The translations under genes were made by a program, and so were the position numbers. DNA of 64,000 bases from Sphyrna mokarran (taxonomy: Eukaryota). The notes under the pieces are model-generated. The model worked only from the letters and a program-made list of their open reading frames with translations, made no database searches and was not told where the DNA came from. Location: the NCBI GenBank assembly GCA_024679065.1, contig JAGIQG010000020.1, positions 33,790,001-33,854,000 on the forward strand, written 5' to 3'. Shown here in pieces: positions 1 to 12,208 of the stretch; positions within the stretch are counted from its first letter, which is position 1; each line of letters opens with the position of its first letter.

Positions 1-713
1 CAAGCTTCTGGCCTTTGGCCCAAGAATTTTTAGTTTAGAATGCAAAGGTAAATCAAATAACATTAGAACTGAAAACTTGAGTTTTCTAATTGGATGACTG
101 ACATATCTTCCTTTACTAAGTGTGCTACCTCACATTGCCATCATGATTCTGATATGCATCACTGAACAAACTTTTAAACAGATTTTGTAAGAAAGAAAAT
201 TGATGAATTTTGATATTGAAAGATCACCCTAATGTTATTTAGCTGGAAATAATTGGGGTTACAGCCCCATTCCTAGCTAGTGTTACTGCAACAAGATGGG
301 GGAATGCCTTCCAGTTCACTGGAGATGCTTTTTAATAATTTGTAAATTATTTTACTATGGCAAATAAAAGTAATTTCAGGAATATTTATGAATCTCCCAA
401 TATTTATTTCACATTTACTTTTTCTACTCTTAGAACACAGAGAGCAAAGTTTTTACTTGCATACTAGCAGGTTGTATCATAAGTAAACAAGCTAGCTTAG
501 TAAGCATTTCTGGATTATGTATCCATGGAAAGATTAAGAAGTCACAAATTGAAGACACTGGTCATTTCCACTACTTTTGCAAGTGTATATCAACATTTCA
601 GCTGGTTATCTGGGCTACGGTCAAGTGTTAAATATAATACAACTTTGAATTATTATCTAAAAAGGCACATTAAGAAAGTAAAACAATATTACTAAAGCAT
701 TGGCACAAAATTT

Positions 714-1254
714 AAGTATTGCTGAAAGAAAGAGACATGTTATTTAAGTGTTTTGTCTTGCAATCATCAAGACAACTACACGAATAAACAAACAGTAAAG
801 GGAATAATAATTTATACTGCAAGAGGAGTGAGTGCTGATTGGTTGGCAAGTGGACTCTGATGGGTTGAGACATTGCCATGGTGAATACAGCAGAAAACTC
901 ACAAGATTTTATTTCAAATTTCTTCTGTCCACAAGGAGTATGTCCAAACATGACGCATTTTTCAACTAAACAAACCTGCGAAGACAGCCAGTGCCTAGTT
1001 AATTCCCCCACGAAAATGCCTTGACCACAGTCGACCTATCTGGTTTGAATTTGAAACAAGCGCTTCGCAGTCAACTGCTCTCTGCTGCATTCACCATGGC
1101 AACACCATAAGCAGAATCCACTTGTCAACCAATCAGCATTCTCATCTTATGCATGATAAATTCCTTCCTTTACTGTTAGTTTATCTTGCATAGCTGCCTT
1201 GATGAGTGCAAGACAAAAAACTTTGAAAACATGTCTCTTACTGCAGCATTACTG
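714..1254. repeat. Long inverted repeat (arms about 714-920 and 1048-1254), probably paired Penelope-derived ends or a foldback element
   Basis: Arms align by eye as reverse complements, e.g. aagagacatgtt/aacatgtctctt, ttttgtcttgca/tgcaagacaaaa, tgctgattggttg/caaccaatcagca, ttgccatggtgaat/attcaccatggcaa. Confidence 0.88.
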
Positions 1255-3453
1255 TTAGAAAATTGTTTTTAGACTTTATACCCACCTATTTGTCATAAAA
1301 ACAAAGCCTTTGTAATTGTCAATGATTTTAGTGCACGTGCATGGCACAACAGTTAAATCTGCAAAATCTTCCTTAAGCTCCCTCTCAAGAAAATGTATAT
1401 TAGTGAGATTGCCTATTTATAGTGGTTTATGAAACATTATGATCCAATATCTCATTTGTACATGACCAACAGAAATGTGAAGCTTTTCTCACAGCCTGCC
1501 TCTATTTGGGTGTTCACTGATTTTATTAATGATGCACATAATGCAATGAATATAAAACAATTATAAATAGTGATCTTTTATCATTCATGATTTCTAATGT
1601 TTTATGTAGCCTCCCTGGGTTTAATATTTCACACTACGTTACTGACAGAATGTGCATTGTTAAAGAATATTGACTTAATGCCAACATTTTAACAATGTTA
1701 ACAAGACTAACATTCACTTGTAGAACGGGCACTGCTCATTCATATGGAGGTCATATGAAGTACTTTCTCCACAATTCACTCCTTCCTGAAACACATTATA
1801 AAATGTACATCAAGAATCTTACACAAATTCAAAAGCCAAAAGTTCTTGCTCATGACTGAATCCAAAACAGAATCAAAGAAGAGGATGCTCCTGAGTTACA
1901 AGAACATCTGCTTTTAATAAGCAACTTCCCTCTACCATCAGAGAAAAGTATGTGCAAATGGCACTCAGTTTTTGTACTGCTGATTTATTTATTTGGATTA
2001 TGCTATCTGAATATTGGCCCTTTCCAGGTTGCTTATGTTTTTCAAGTTTAACTATCTTACAACAATCTCAGCCATACATATTATTTAAAAAAAACACCCT
2101 AGGTAGTTAACCTATGCCAATTTTTCAGGTCTCTAACGCGAGACTGTTCCGATGCCTGATATGGAACATATGTGCATTTTTTATGCCAGTAATATGAAGC
2201 AATATTTGAAAAACAGTAGGAAAGATTTTGTCTTTATGTTAAACATTGCCTCAGTGTAGCATAGAGGGGGAAACTGGACAGAGAGAATGGGATGCCTGCT
2301 ACAGAACCCATCTGATTTTCTTGCCACTTTCTGGGAGTTTCTGTTAGGGGCCTTCAACATTCCCTATCCAAATCTCCTCTCTAGTCTCTGAAAAAAAAAC
2401 AAAAATTTGCTGAGTGTTATAGGATTATGAGGGTAACTATGGCAACAAATATCATTATCAGAAAAGTTTCTGTTGAAGTAAGTTATTTTTTGTCCAAAAA
2501 AAAAACTACAAAAAGGATGCATTATCAGAGATAACTCTCCAATAACGTAGAATTACTAATTTGAGTATTAATTGTTATATCTGGTAATCATATCTTAATG
2601 ATTTTGTTTGCACATAGACACTATTTTAGAGAAAAATTAAATCATGCCAAGCCCCCTTAACACCGGGTGGCCCTGTGAAATAGTGCAATTACAAGTGTAC
2701 TGGATTCATTTTCATTGTTTTGTGGGTCAATGAGGGGAAGAGGAGGGGAAACAAAGTGGTAAAATATTTTCCTGTAGAATCGAGAAATGTACATCAATTT
2801 TCTTATTATATCATAGGTATCAATGTTAATCAACTAAGCCCTCCTTTGGTTTCAACAGTGCCATCTCCAACATCCTTGTAACAAATCCAGGGTATGTATT
2901 CGTTGCCGATTTAAAGAACAAGCAAGTAACATAATCACTCTTGGTAACAGAAATCATTGTTATTGCATCATCCTAAATGACAGTCAATCGGGCTGACCAT
3001 AGACTAGTTTTGTTCCATCATTCTGACTCTTATTTCTATTAAAGCAGTAGACCATGGCAATGGTTGTGGTAAATTTTGAGCCCATCCTGTCCTTGGTATT
3101 ATTACTTTTCAGTACGCACTAAATGTCGCAGTTCTAAACAAAAATATAACCAGAAAAAATTATACACATCATCTGTGTTTTTTCTTTACAGTTGAAATAT
3201 GAGGTTTAAACATTTTAGTGGTACTTTAGCTAAAACAAAAATGCAACAAAAAAGAATTTCAGCGTTGATGTTGCTCCCTAAAGTCGGATTAATAGCTGAC
3301 CCTTGTCGTGACTGACCAGTTATTAAAATGTAACAATGCATTGTCACTGTTCATAGAAGACATGTCGATAAAGCAACTCATGCTACGCAATCACCATTTA
3401 AAGATATTCTCAAGTTGTGACCACGGATTCTTGGTATATTAGTTCTTAAACAT

Positions 3454-3461
3454 TATGTACA
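3454..3461 (-). promoter_or_regulatory. Pumilio response element UGUACAUA in putative 3' UTR
   Basis: TATGTACA on + is TGTACATA on the mRNA strand, an exact UGUAHAUA match. Function untested. Confidence 0.35.
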
Positions 3462-4863
3462 CTTGCACAGTAATATCTATGATAAATATTTTTCTCTTCG
3501 ATCATTGTTTTTTTTAAAATCTTCCTTAATCTGTAAAGTCCATTGGCACTTTGCACTTCACGGTGGGAAGGGGACAAAGACTTTACAAAACAAATCAAGT
3601 GCTGTGTGGATCAGAGGTTTTGCAGAATGTGGGGATTCATAATTTTTTTTGTCTCACTGAAGTAAAGGTTGAGTTGCAGCATACTTTTATGTCCATTCAA
3701 AGCAATGACTTCAAAATCCTCCGAACTATGGCAAGTAATCTAACAATGGAATGGTGTCCAGTAATCCTGGATCAATATCTGTGAACACAGAAACCAGGAC
3801 CAGGCTAGGTCTGTAGATCAGCATCTAATTAAGTACAATAACTGAAAATTGCCCAGCAATAGCAGAACAGTCCACACTGGAACCAGGCATCACAGAAGCA
3901 CGATGGGTCATGAATCAGTAACTATAGTTATATATCCAGTAGCCATAAATATTTGGCAAACACACTGAGCCATGTCATTCGTTATCCATAGAAATTCGAC
4001 AATGAAGTGTGACTGTTGTCATCTAGCAACCACTGAAACCCTATCAACAAAACAGGCCACAAAGCAACATCCAAGTAGCCATGAAAATGTAGCGATGGCT
4101 GAGAGCGGTTATAACACGTTGACAACCTGGTGATCCAGTGTGGCAGCAATCGTTCTCTTGTCATCATAAAAACATTGCAATTAGCAGGGCTGTGGGGCTG
4201 GGTGGGGCGAGGGAAGGGCAGGGAGAGAAATTAAGCACCGACACACTGTTGTTTATCACAATCCGTAGAACAAGAATCAAATGTAACTGCTCTGGTAACC
4301 ATAGAAACAAAGTAATCCATCATCCAACTGATGTTTACAATCACCCAATCTTAGGTACGTACAGAAAGCAGCAGCTGGTAAACACAAGATACGTGGCAAG
4401 ATAGTGAGTCTGAAACAGCAAAAGAAATCCAGGTCAAATGATGATGATATTGGCACATGGTGCTACTGGTGACAGATGTCACAAAACAGCATTTTGAGAG
4501 GCGAGCGACAGATGGACCATCAATGATGGGTCAATGTTCTACGTGATATGTTGCAGTCCAGGATGATTCTATGAAAATCTGATTGAATCAGTGACTGAAA
4601 ACGCAAGTCCAGTCAGCCACTTGCTTTGTACGTCAATGTTCCACCGACCCTCTGATATGAAGCAAAGAACACCACCAGGGCGCAATGACACATGACAAAA
4701 TAAATTTTCCAAAATTATTTGGCAACATCCTCTAGTCCATTCCTGTGGAGTTGGCTCATGAACCGCAGTGGTCACTGTGGTTGCAGTTAACAGATGCTAC
4801 ACTCGTTCATCAATACTTTCAATAAAAATACACAGCCAAACTGTTCCAAAAAGTCTCACATTC

Positions 4864-4976
4864 ATATCTACATACATGTATGCATATATATTTATATATA
4901 ATATATATATCTATATGCACATATAGATATATATATATATTTCCACATATATATATATATATATATATACACACAC
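4864..4976. repeat. Imperfect (AT)n microsatellite ending in (AC)n
   Basis: Direct reading. Lies about 140 nt after the stop codon. Confidence 0.9.
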
Positions 4977-5113
4977 TTCCTGTTTTATGGGATCATATAA
5001 TTAACTAATAACAACACGCTGGACCACGTACGAGGCGATATAGAAGTAGTTTTGCACAAAACCATCCTCAGGTCTCTTGTTTCTGTTCCCCACTCACACA
5101 CAAGCACTCTCCC

Positions 5114-5275
5114 TTAAAGCCCATTGCTGTTCCTGTGGCTGAGGGGGGGTTTGGTCAGCTCTACCACCGCTGAACGTGACTTATTCAGCATCTTAGGAGC
5201 TCTTCGCAGGACCCTCTGAGCCTCATTAAAGGCTTCCGTTAATTCTTTCTTCCACTGGATGAACTCTGGGTCACT
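5114..5275 (-). CDS. GRK3: GRK3 terminal coding exon 21 (162 nt incl. TAA): [53 protein letters not shown]
   Basis: Polypyrimidine tract plus cccag|AGT acceptor. Stop TAA at 5116-5114. The HRNSNGL end is GRK3-type and this is the G-beta-gamma-binding region. Confidence 0.96.
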   Translation of the reverse strand, partial: SDPEFIQWKKELTEAFNEAQRVLRRAPKMLNKSRSAVVELTKPPLSHRNSNGL

Positions 5276-5964
5276 CTGGGGGAAAAAAAAGGAGAGTGCA
5301 GAGGAATTATTGTAAGATGATGTGCTTTTATTTGATTTTCCTAATTTTCTTCTGGAGCCATAGATTAGTGCTGGGGTACTGGTTTTATGACTACTGCGGG
5401 CCTTCTGACATCTTTCCCAAAGTTATCTGGGACTCATAATAGACAATATTAGCAAGACATTTGATCCTGTCTTCACCCAAAGTTCATACATGAGCATTTT
5501 ACAATAGTGGTTCTTTGCCCAGGCAATCTTTCCCTCAAAGAAACAACTTGCCAAATAGAGAAATGGCCCAATTTTTAATCAAGAGAGGTGTCGCTCCTTT
5601 CATTGTGTGAAGTAAGTAATTAACTCTGTCATAAAGGATTTCTGTTTTGATCAGAGTGAATAATAAACATCCTGGGAACATTTTCCAATAATTTTATATC
5701 CATTCTTCCAGCAAGTGTAACGATAGGTATATGGAGTATAAAATATGAGGTTTCCATTCTATGTATTATCTATCTGTCCTGAATGAAAATGCTGATGTCA
5801 AATTGCGCTCAATTCTGAATGAGAACCAATGCTAATTAGAATCTAAATTAAGACTGGCAAATTACTTCATACAGTGTCTTACAAAGAGTAGATCAAGGCT
5901 TTCATCTTAACAGTGCAAGAGTTCATTTCTGGTCCTCAAAAGTGGAAGACCAGTTTCTGATTTG

Positions 5965-7005
5965 GTGGTTGGTGGTTGTAAAGGGTTTTCTTCAAACTGG
6001 AGGCCTGTGACCAGTGGTGCGCCTGAGGAAATCGGTGCTGGGTCCATTGTTATTTGTCGTTTATACTAATGATTTGGATGAGAATTTCAGAGGCATGGTT
6101 AGGAAATTTGCAAATGACACCAAGATTGGTGGCATACTGGACAGAGAAAAAAGTCATCAAGCATTGCAGTGGGATCTTGATCAATTGCGCCAGTGGGCTG
6201 ACGAATGGCAGATAAAGTTTAATTTAAAGAAATGTGAGGTGATGCATTTTGGTTGATCAAACCAGGGCAGGACTGACTTAGTTAACGGTAGGGCATTGGG
6301 GAGAGTTATAGAACAAAGAGATCTAGGGGTACAGGTTCATAGCTCCTTGAAAGTGGAGTCACAGATGGACAGAGTGGTGAAGAAGGCATTCGGTGTGCTT
6401 GGTCTCATTAGTCAGAACATTGAATATAGGAGTTGAGATGTCTTGTTGAATTGTCCAAGATATTGGTAAGGCCACACTTTGAATACTATTCTGGTCACCC
6501 TAATATAGAAAGGATATTATTAAACTAGAAAGAGTGCAGAAGAGATTTACTAGGATGATACCAGGACTTGATGGTTTGAGATACAAGGAGAGGCTGGATA
6601 GACCGGGACTTCTTTCTCTAGAGCCTAGGAGGCTTAAGGGTTTATAAAATAATGAAGGGCATAGATCAGCTAGATGGTCAATATTTTTTCCCAAAGGTAG
6701 GGGAGTCTAAAACTAAAGGGCATATGTTTTAAGTGAAAGTGGAGGGATACAAAAGTGTCTCGAGGAGCAATTTTTTTTTTTTACACAGAGGGTGGTAAGT
6801 GTCTGGAATAAGCTGCCAGAGGTAGTAGTAGAGCGGGCTCAATATTGTCTTTTAAAAAGTGTTAGACAGTTACATGGGTAAGATGGCTAAAGAGGGATAT
6901 GGGCCAAACACAGGCAATTGGTCTAGTTTAGGAGTTAAAAAGGGGATAGCATTGATAGGTTGGGCTGAAAGGCGTATTTTCCACGCTGTAAATCCCTATG
7001 AGTTT
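5965..7005 (+). mobile_element. CR1 LINE 3' fragment (degenerate RT C-terminus and 3' tail)
   Basis: ORF 6014..6256 has SVLGPLLF...KFANDTKIG and WQIKFNLKKCEVMHFG, the CR1 RT motifs (FADD mutated to FAND). Downstream stops. 5'-truncated. Confidence 0.92.
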
Positions 7006-7551
7006 CTGACATTTTTTTTAAACAAGCGACAGTTATGATACTAATCTGTGTACTACTTATTTAACAATAAATTATCTTCATGAACTCAAATCTAATCAGA
7101 ACTGTTACGTAATAAATTGGTTCAAGCCCACTCTTGCAAGTCCTGATGCAGCAATGTGACACTTCTACTTCATACTACCTGTACTTATAGTCCATGGCTA
7201 CAGCCAGGCATGCATAAGGTTATGCGAATAATTAGCACTAACTGTGTATGAACACTACCTAAATATGAGTCATATGGATTCAAAATGTTGACCATGACTC
7301 CACCACCTCGCCTGACACAGAATCGGAATGGGCAAGGATACACAACGGAAATCTCCTTGGGTGGGAATTTCTGGTCTTGCCTGATCAAGGCTGTAAAATC
7401 CTACTCATTATCGCTGTTTCTCTCGCCACAAAATCTGCCAAGCCTGAGTTCAGCCAGCATTTTCTATTTTTATTACAGATTTCCAGCACCCACAGAATTT
7501 TGCTTTTGTTTTAATGTCTAAACACTAGACTGTTTTGTGCCCTGAACACTC

Positions 7552-7675
7552 ATTACCTGTTGAAGGAGCAGTGTTCCGAAAGCTTCTGATTCCAAATAAA
7601 TCAGTTGGACTTTGACCTGGTGTCGTGAGACTTCTTACTGTGCCCACTTCAGTCCAACTCTGGCATCTCCAACTC
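7552..7675 (+). mobile_element. Penelope-like terminal remnant with a hammerhead-like motif
   Basis: CTGTTGA-A-GGAGC-AGT-GTTCC-GAAA-GCTT at 7557-7585, followed by a tail I recognise as a common shark repeat. Confidence 0.65.
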
Positions 7676-8164
7676 ACTACCTAAAATCTAGGCTAAATGT
7701 ACATCGGTATATTTAATTTACGGTATGTACAAACATTAAATGGAGGATTCATCTGGGATAGATTGGAACTCAGCACTGTGAAGTAATACCATACACGAAA
7801 CCCTATGAATGCAGCATCAAGGGGAAGAAACCCAATTCTGTTGGTGAAAGAATCACAACTGTGGTCGGAGTTTTCCAGTTGTTTATGCTGGGTTTCCCGG
7901 TGGCGTAGGGTGCAGTCAATGGGAAATCCCATTAATGAAGCCCTTTCTTAATGAACTTACTTAATAATTTGGACTGTCAAAATTCAACTTTTTCCGAACA
8001 AAATGGAGTTATAGCAACGATTTGCATATTTAAAACAAATTGGTGGCGGGAGGAAGGGAACGAATGCTTTGAACTTTTCCCCCTATAACCACATCAGTGC
8101 CAGCCTATATCCAGATGAGACAGCAGACATCTCCATAATTCCCTATCTTGCAGGGACCACTCAC

Positions 8165-8278
8165 CTCACATTGCAGCACAAATTGCTTTCCTCCCTTAAT
8201 CCGCAGAAGGATACATTTCTTATCTTTAATCTGAGTCTCTTCCACCGACACTATCTGCTCCATTGTCAGCAGGCTTTG
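8165..8278 (-). CDS. GRK3: GRK3 exon 20 (114 nt): [40 protein letters not shown] domain
   Basis: Hand translation. tctag|CAA acceptor and GAG|gtgagt donor. Confidence 0.96.
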
Positions 8279-10556
8279 CTAGATTAATAAAACAGAAAAG
8301 AACTAAGTTCATTCAGAAATGAATCTCAATTGCTTCCTTAATTTGATTTTGCTGGGTTGCATCTGGTTCTGTGTCAGAATCTTATCACTCTTTACGAAAT
8401 AAACTACAGCCTCTTAACTATGGGAGAATCTATCTTAAAAAAAAAGGTACATAGCTAATACTTCTAGCGACATGGAATGCACAAAGTAAAAGGATTATTG
8501 GATGAAGAGTTAATATCTGAGGCAAATCTTATGGTGAAGCTTGAAGCTTTTTTGTGATAACTATGCTGAAGAGTGGCCAAGTGCTGGAAATTTGTTGGTG
8601 CTTTGCAGGTGATAAAGATTATAAGACTCAGATGCCAGTATCGCTCAGCATTGTAGCCCACCCATTTCCCAAGACAAAAGATTTATGCTCAGTCATCATG
8701 TGCAATGTCAAGCCAAGATTCAGAGTCTATCTGACTAAAAAGGAAATGAAAAATTTCATCCAGGCTGTTGGAATATCAACAGTTAACTGCTTTTTCTGAG
8801 CCTGTGCACAATTGGGAGGATTAGATGGAGAGAAAATAGATCAGTCTATAAATATCATCAAGCTTTTCTAAATTGCAGTGTACTTACCATGTGTGTTACT
8901 TCAACTACATTTACTACCCAGTCCCCAAAGGAATTGCAAAGCGTGTACATTTGAGTAACTGGCAGAGCCAGTAAAAGGATCAAAAGTATATACCTACACA
9001 TCTCCAGGCTCTGTTGAAAATTAAATCATGAGACACTATTTGGCAATCTCCCTTTTGTCACTGTGCATTTATTGCTAATCTGACAAATCTAAAACAGAAA
9101 ATAGGGCATGACTTACAAGTTTCAAATAGTGACCATATATGACTGAATCTGATATCAGGTTCAAGAGGAAGCGAGAAAACAGAGTCACAAACCAAGTTTT
9201 TAAATTTATGCAAGGCAAATTTCAAAGGGATGCAATCAAGCACAATGAAGTGATAGACTGCAAAGGCGGTAACCAAGGGTTCTGAAACAACATCTATACA
9301 TACCCCTAAAAGACAAAGGTTCCTCTTTTTAGTTAACTAACCATGGTCAAAAAATGCGGCAAGAGACAGTGTCAAGCTTAAAAAAAAGGTTTACAAAAAT
9401 GTAAGAGAAAGTGACCGGGAGGACTATGAAAAAACAAATAAAGTAATTCTATTGCAAAAATGAAATAAGAGGGGGAGAAGACTTGCAATGGTGCCAAATA
9501 GCAGTTTTTTTTTAAGAGAAAGGGGAACTTAAGATCATTAAAGATAGATGAATATAAAACCTCAATGGACAATGAAGGAATATCAGACTTGTTAAATGAA
9601 CACTTGATATTCATTTTCACAGCCGTGCAGGAGGACTAAATGCAAGGGATCCCAAAATAATGAGAGGAATTTGGACACTGTGATTAAATTAATATAAAGA
9701 GAAAAATAATAGGACTTTGGATAGACAAGTTTCTAAGCTTGATGTTTTCATGAGGAAATTACAGCTGGAGCTGTCACAATTTTTAAAAGCTCACTAGATT
9801 AAGGAATTGTGTTTTTGATTGGAAATTAACAGAAGTCACCATTATTTAAAGAAGGAAGGAACTTAAGTTTCTGTAATCTATCATCAGAAACTGAGAACAG
9901 GTAATTATCAACTGATCAAAGAGAATGAGCACAGCTTTGTGAAGAGTACGTTATGTCTGACAAATCTGGTGGACTTTATTTTTTAGGAGGCCATTATCAT
10001 AGCAGATAGGGAAATGTCGATGGATGTTGTCTACATGAATCTGCAGAAGACATTTAGTAAAGGAGTATTCTCTAATTAGCAGGATGTGACAGTGTTCCCT
10101 AGACTTTTGTATTGCGTTCTGAACTATTCACCACATATATTATAAATAATCTGGAAGAAAAAATAGGGAACTAAATATTCAAGTTTGCAGGTTACATTAA
10201 ATTATGAGGCCAGTAAACTGTGCAACTGGAAGCAGGAAATGAGAAGGATTACAGACAAAATAGTGAATGAGCTAAACTATAGCAAATGACATTGAATATA
10301 GAGACTGTGAAGTAATTCATTTTGAATCTGTGAAATATGAAATTGGAATTAATTTTTAGCAATGAGAAACTGGGAAAAATGGAGGTGAGTTTGGGTATTC
10401 AAATTACTAAAAGATAAAGCACAGGTTAAAAAAAGCATCAAGACAGCGAATGGAATGTAGTTATTATCTCATGGAGGTTGAAACAGAGAAATAAAGATGT
10501 GTTGTTTCAGCTGTAGAGCTCAGTCTGACCTCATCTGAAGTATTGTGTTCAGTTTT

Positions 10557-12014
10557 TGTTGTAAATTGGGAGAATAACATTAAGGAGCACAGAGGATTTA
10601 AAACAATTTACAGGTGTGTGTTCTGTAATATCACTGCTTCTTCTCCATCTGTTTATCATGCTAGGGACTTAAGATGTCACTTAGGTGGATTAGCCATTGC
10701 AAATGTGTGTGATTAAGGGGATAGGGTGGGAGTGTGTCTAGGTGAAGTGCTCTTTTGAAGAATCAATGCAGACTTAATGGATCAAATGACCTCCTTTTAC
10801 ATTATGGTTCAAGAAAATACACAAATACAGTTTTCAGTAAACTAGTAAGAATTAATACAAATACCTAACATTTCCTCCCTCTTAAATTGAAACCCAACAA
10901 GTTCAAAACAAGTAAGTCTGTCACTATTAATAAGTTAAATGGTCTGGAGGTTGTCACTCTTGAAATGGTGAAGAGTGAACCTTTGACATCATCTTCTTTA
11001 CACTGGTGGTAAACTCTGGTGTTTTTGTCTTTGCATGAACATCATTGGTAGTGGTTTAACCAGCACTGATGTAGGAACTAGAGGTTGGCTTGGTATCTGA
11101 TCAGTAGATGAGGTCTTGCTTTCCACAACATGCCACAGCGGTAAGAAAGTTCAGGTCAGGACTTTATACAGTTGAATATGGATTCACAGCACATTCTGAT
11201 TCTGGTGGATTTTTTTCTCCAGCCATGAACTCCCAACATGTCTCCTGTAAATAATGCCATCTCTGGTCAGAATAGTATGAGACACATGTCCAGTCTGTGC
11301 AAGGATTGCAACAGGAATCCATTTCTCTTCTGTGGTATAATTCCTATCCAAAACTCCCTGTCTTTAGTGTAAAACTCTATGTTTTGCTTTCCATTTATCC
11401 TTGTCATTTTTGTTGTACAATGTCTTTAGTTTTCGGAATGTTCATCAGATCAAGTGTCAATTGTGGTTGTTCCTCCATCATTAATAATGCAGGAGGTGTC
11501 TTGGTTGTGGAATGTGCAGTATTCCTCACACTTTCATTGCAGCATCCCACGACACTGTAAATCCCCGCTATTTTCTATGAATGGAGGTTTCCTATTCATA
11601 TGTTTTCAGCAGCTGTTCTTTCACACAAGGCAATAACCCAAACTTCAGCCTCTTATTTAACGTGCCCAGCACTATTACTGTTGCAGGGTACGTTATCCAT
11701 GTCCACTTAGCCTGTCACGTTCCAAGCACATGCAAAAAGCTTATTTTCTAATTTCCCTGTTCCCAATTGTTTTCCTTGGTACATTCATCTTCTCAGTTGA
11801 CTAACAAGTGCCATTCATTTTCCTCGTTGCTAGTTTTTATGTTATAAATTAGAGAATGACACTAGGGAGCATAGAGGGTTTAAAACAGCTGAGCTTTATA
11901 AGTATGTGTTTTCATTGTTTCTTTCTCTTGCTAGAACCTGTGATATTACTTTCAGTGGATACGCAACTAGAGCAGAATTCAATAACCAATTAGAGTTCAT
12001 ACAAATACATAACA
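10557..12014 (-). mobile_element. Internally deleted Gypsy-type LTR retrotransposon (LTRs 10557-10870 and 11840-12014)
   Basis: Both LTRs run TG...CA and share ends (tgttgtaaattgggagaat/tgttataaattagagaat; atacaaatacctaaca/atacaaatacataaca). PPT-like purine tract at 10871-10883 (-) and PBS-like TAGCAACGAGG at 11822-11832 (-). Integrase-tail-like peptide TGHVSHTILTRDGIIYRRHV near 11235-11295. Flanks are gtttt and ctttt. Confidence 0.8.
10660..10810 (+). mobile_element. 3' fragment of HE1/V-SINE-like element inside the LTR
   Basis: aagatgtcacttaggtggattagccat...gcagacttaatggatcaaatgacctcctt matches the other SINE copies in the window. Confidence 0.7.
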
Positions 12015-12208
12015 CTTTTGGGCGTCAAATATTAGGATTTATGTTGTGGCCTTGGAGGGGCAGGATGTTCGGGATCTAAAAAGTTTAATTCTGAGAACAG
12101 GTTGTAAATATTTAGCTTGTACTCCAATGAGTTCAGGAAATTGAGCAGTGATCTAATCAAGGTCTTCAAAATATTAAGAGGATTGAATGGGGCAGACATT
12201 TTGTTTTC

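Larger units (their letters stand above)
400..5113 (-). other. Putative long GRK3 3' UTR (true end unknown)
   Basis: Follows the stop codon. 2600-5113 has few recognisable transposons. Minus-strand AATAAA candidates (TTTATT on +) at 1984-1989, 1988-1993, 1522-1527, 908-913 and 403-408. Confidence 0.55.
9330..12200 (+). mobile_element. Old degraded CR1 LINE, interrupted by an LTR element at 10557-12014
   Basis: Decayed CR1 ORF2-like sequence. tattgtgttcagtttt resumes as ttttgggcgtcaaatattagg after the insert. Confidence 0.75.

Noticed and set aside
6014-6256. Active reverse transcriptase gene
   Set aside because: The catalytic DD is mutated (FAND), the frame has stops, and the element is 5'-truncated.
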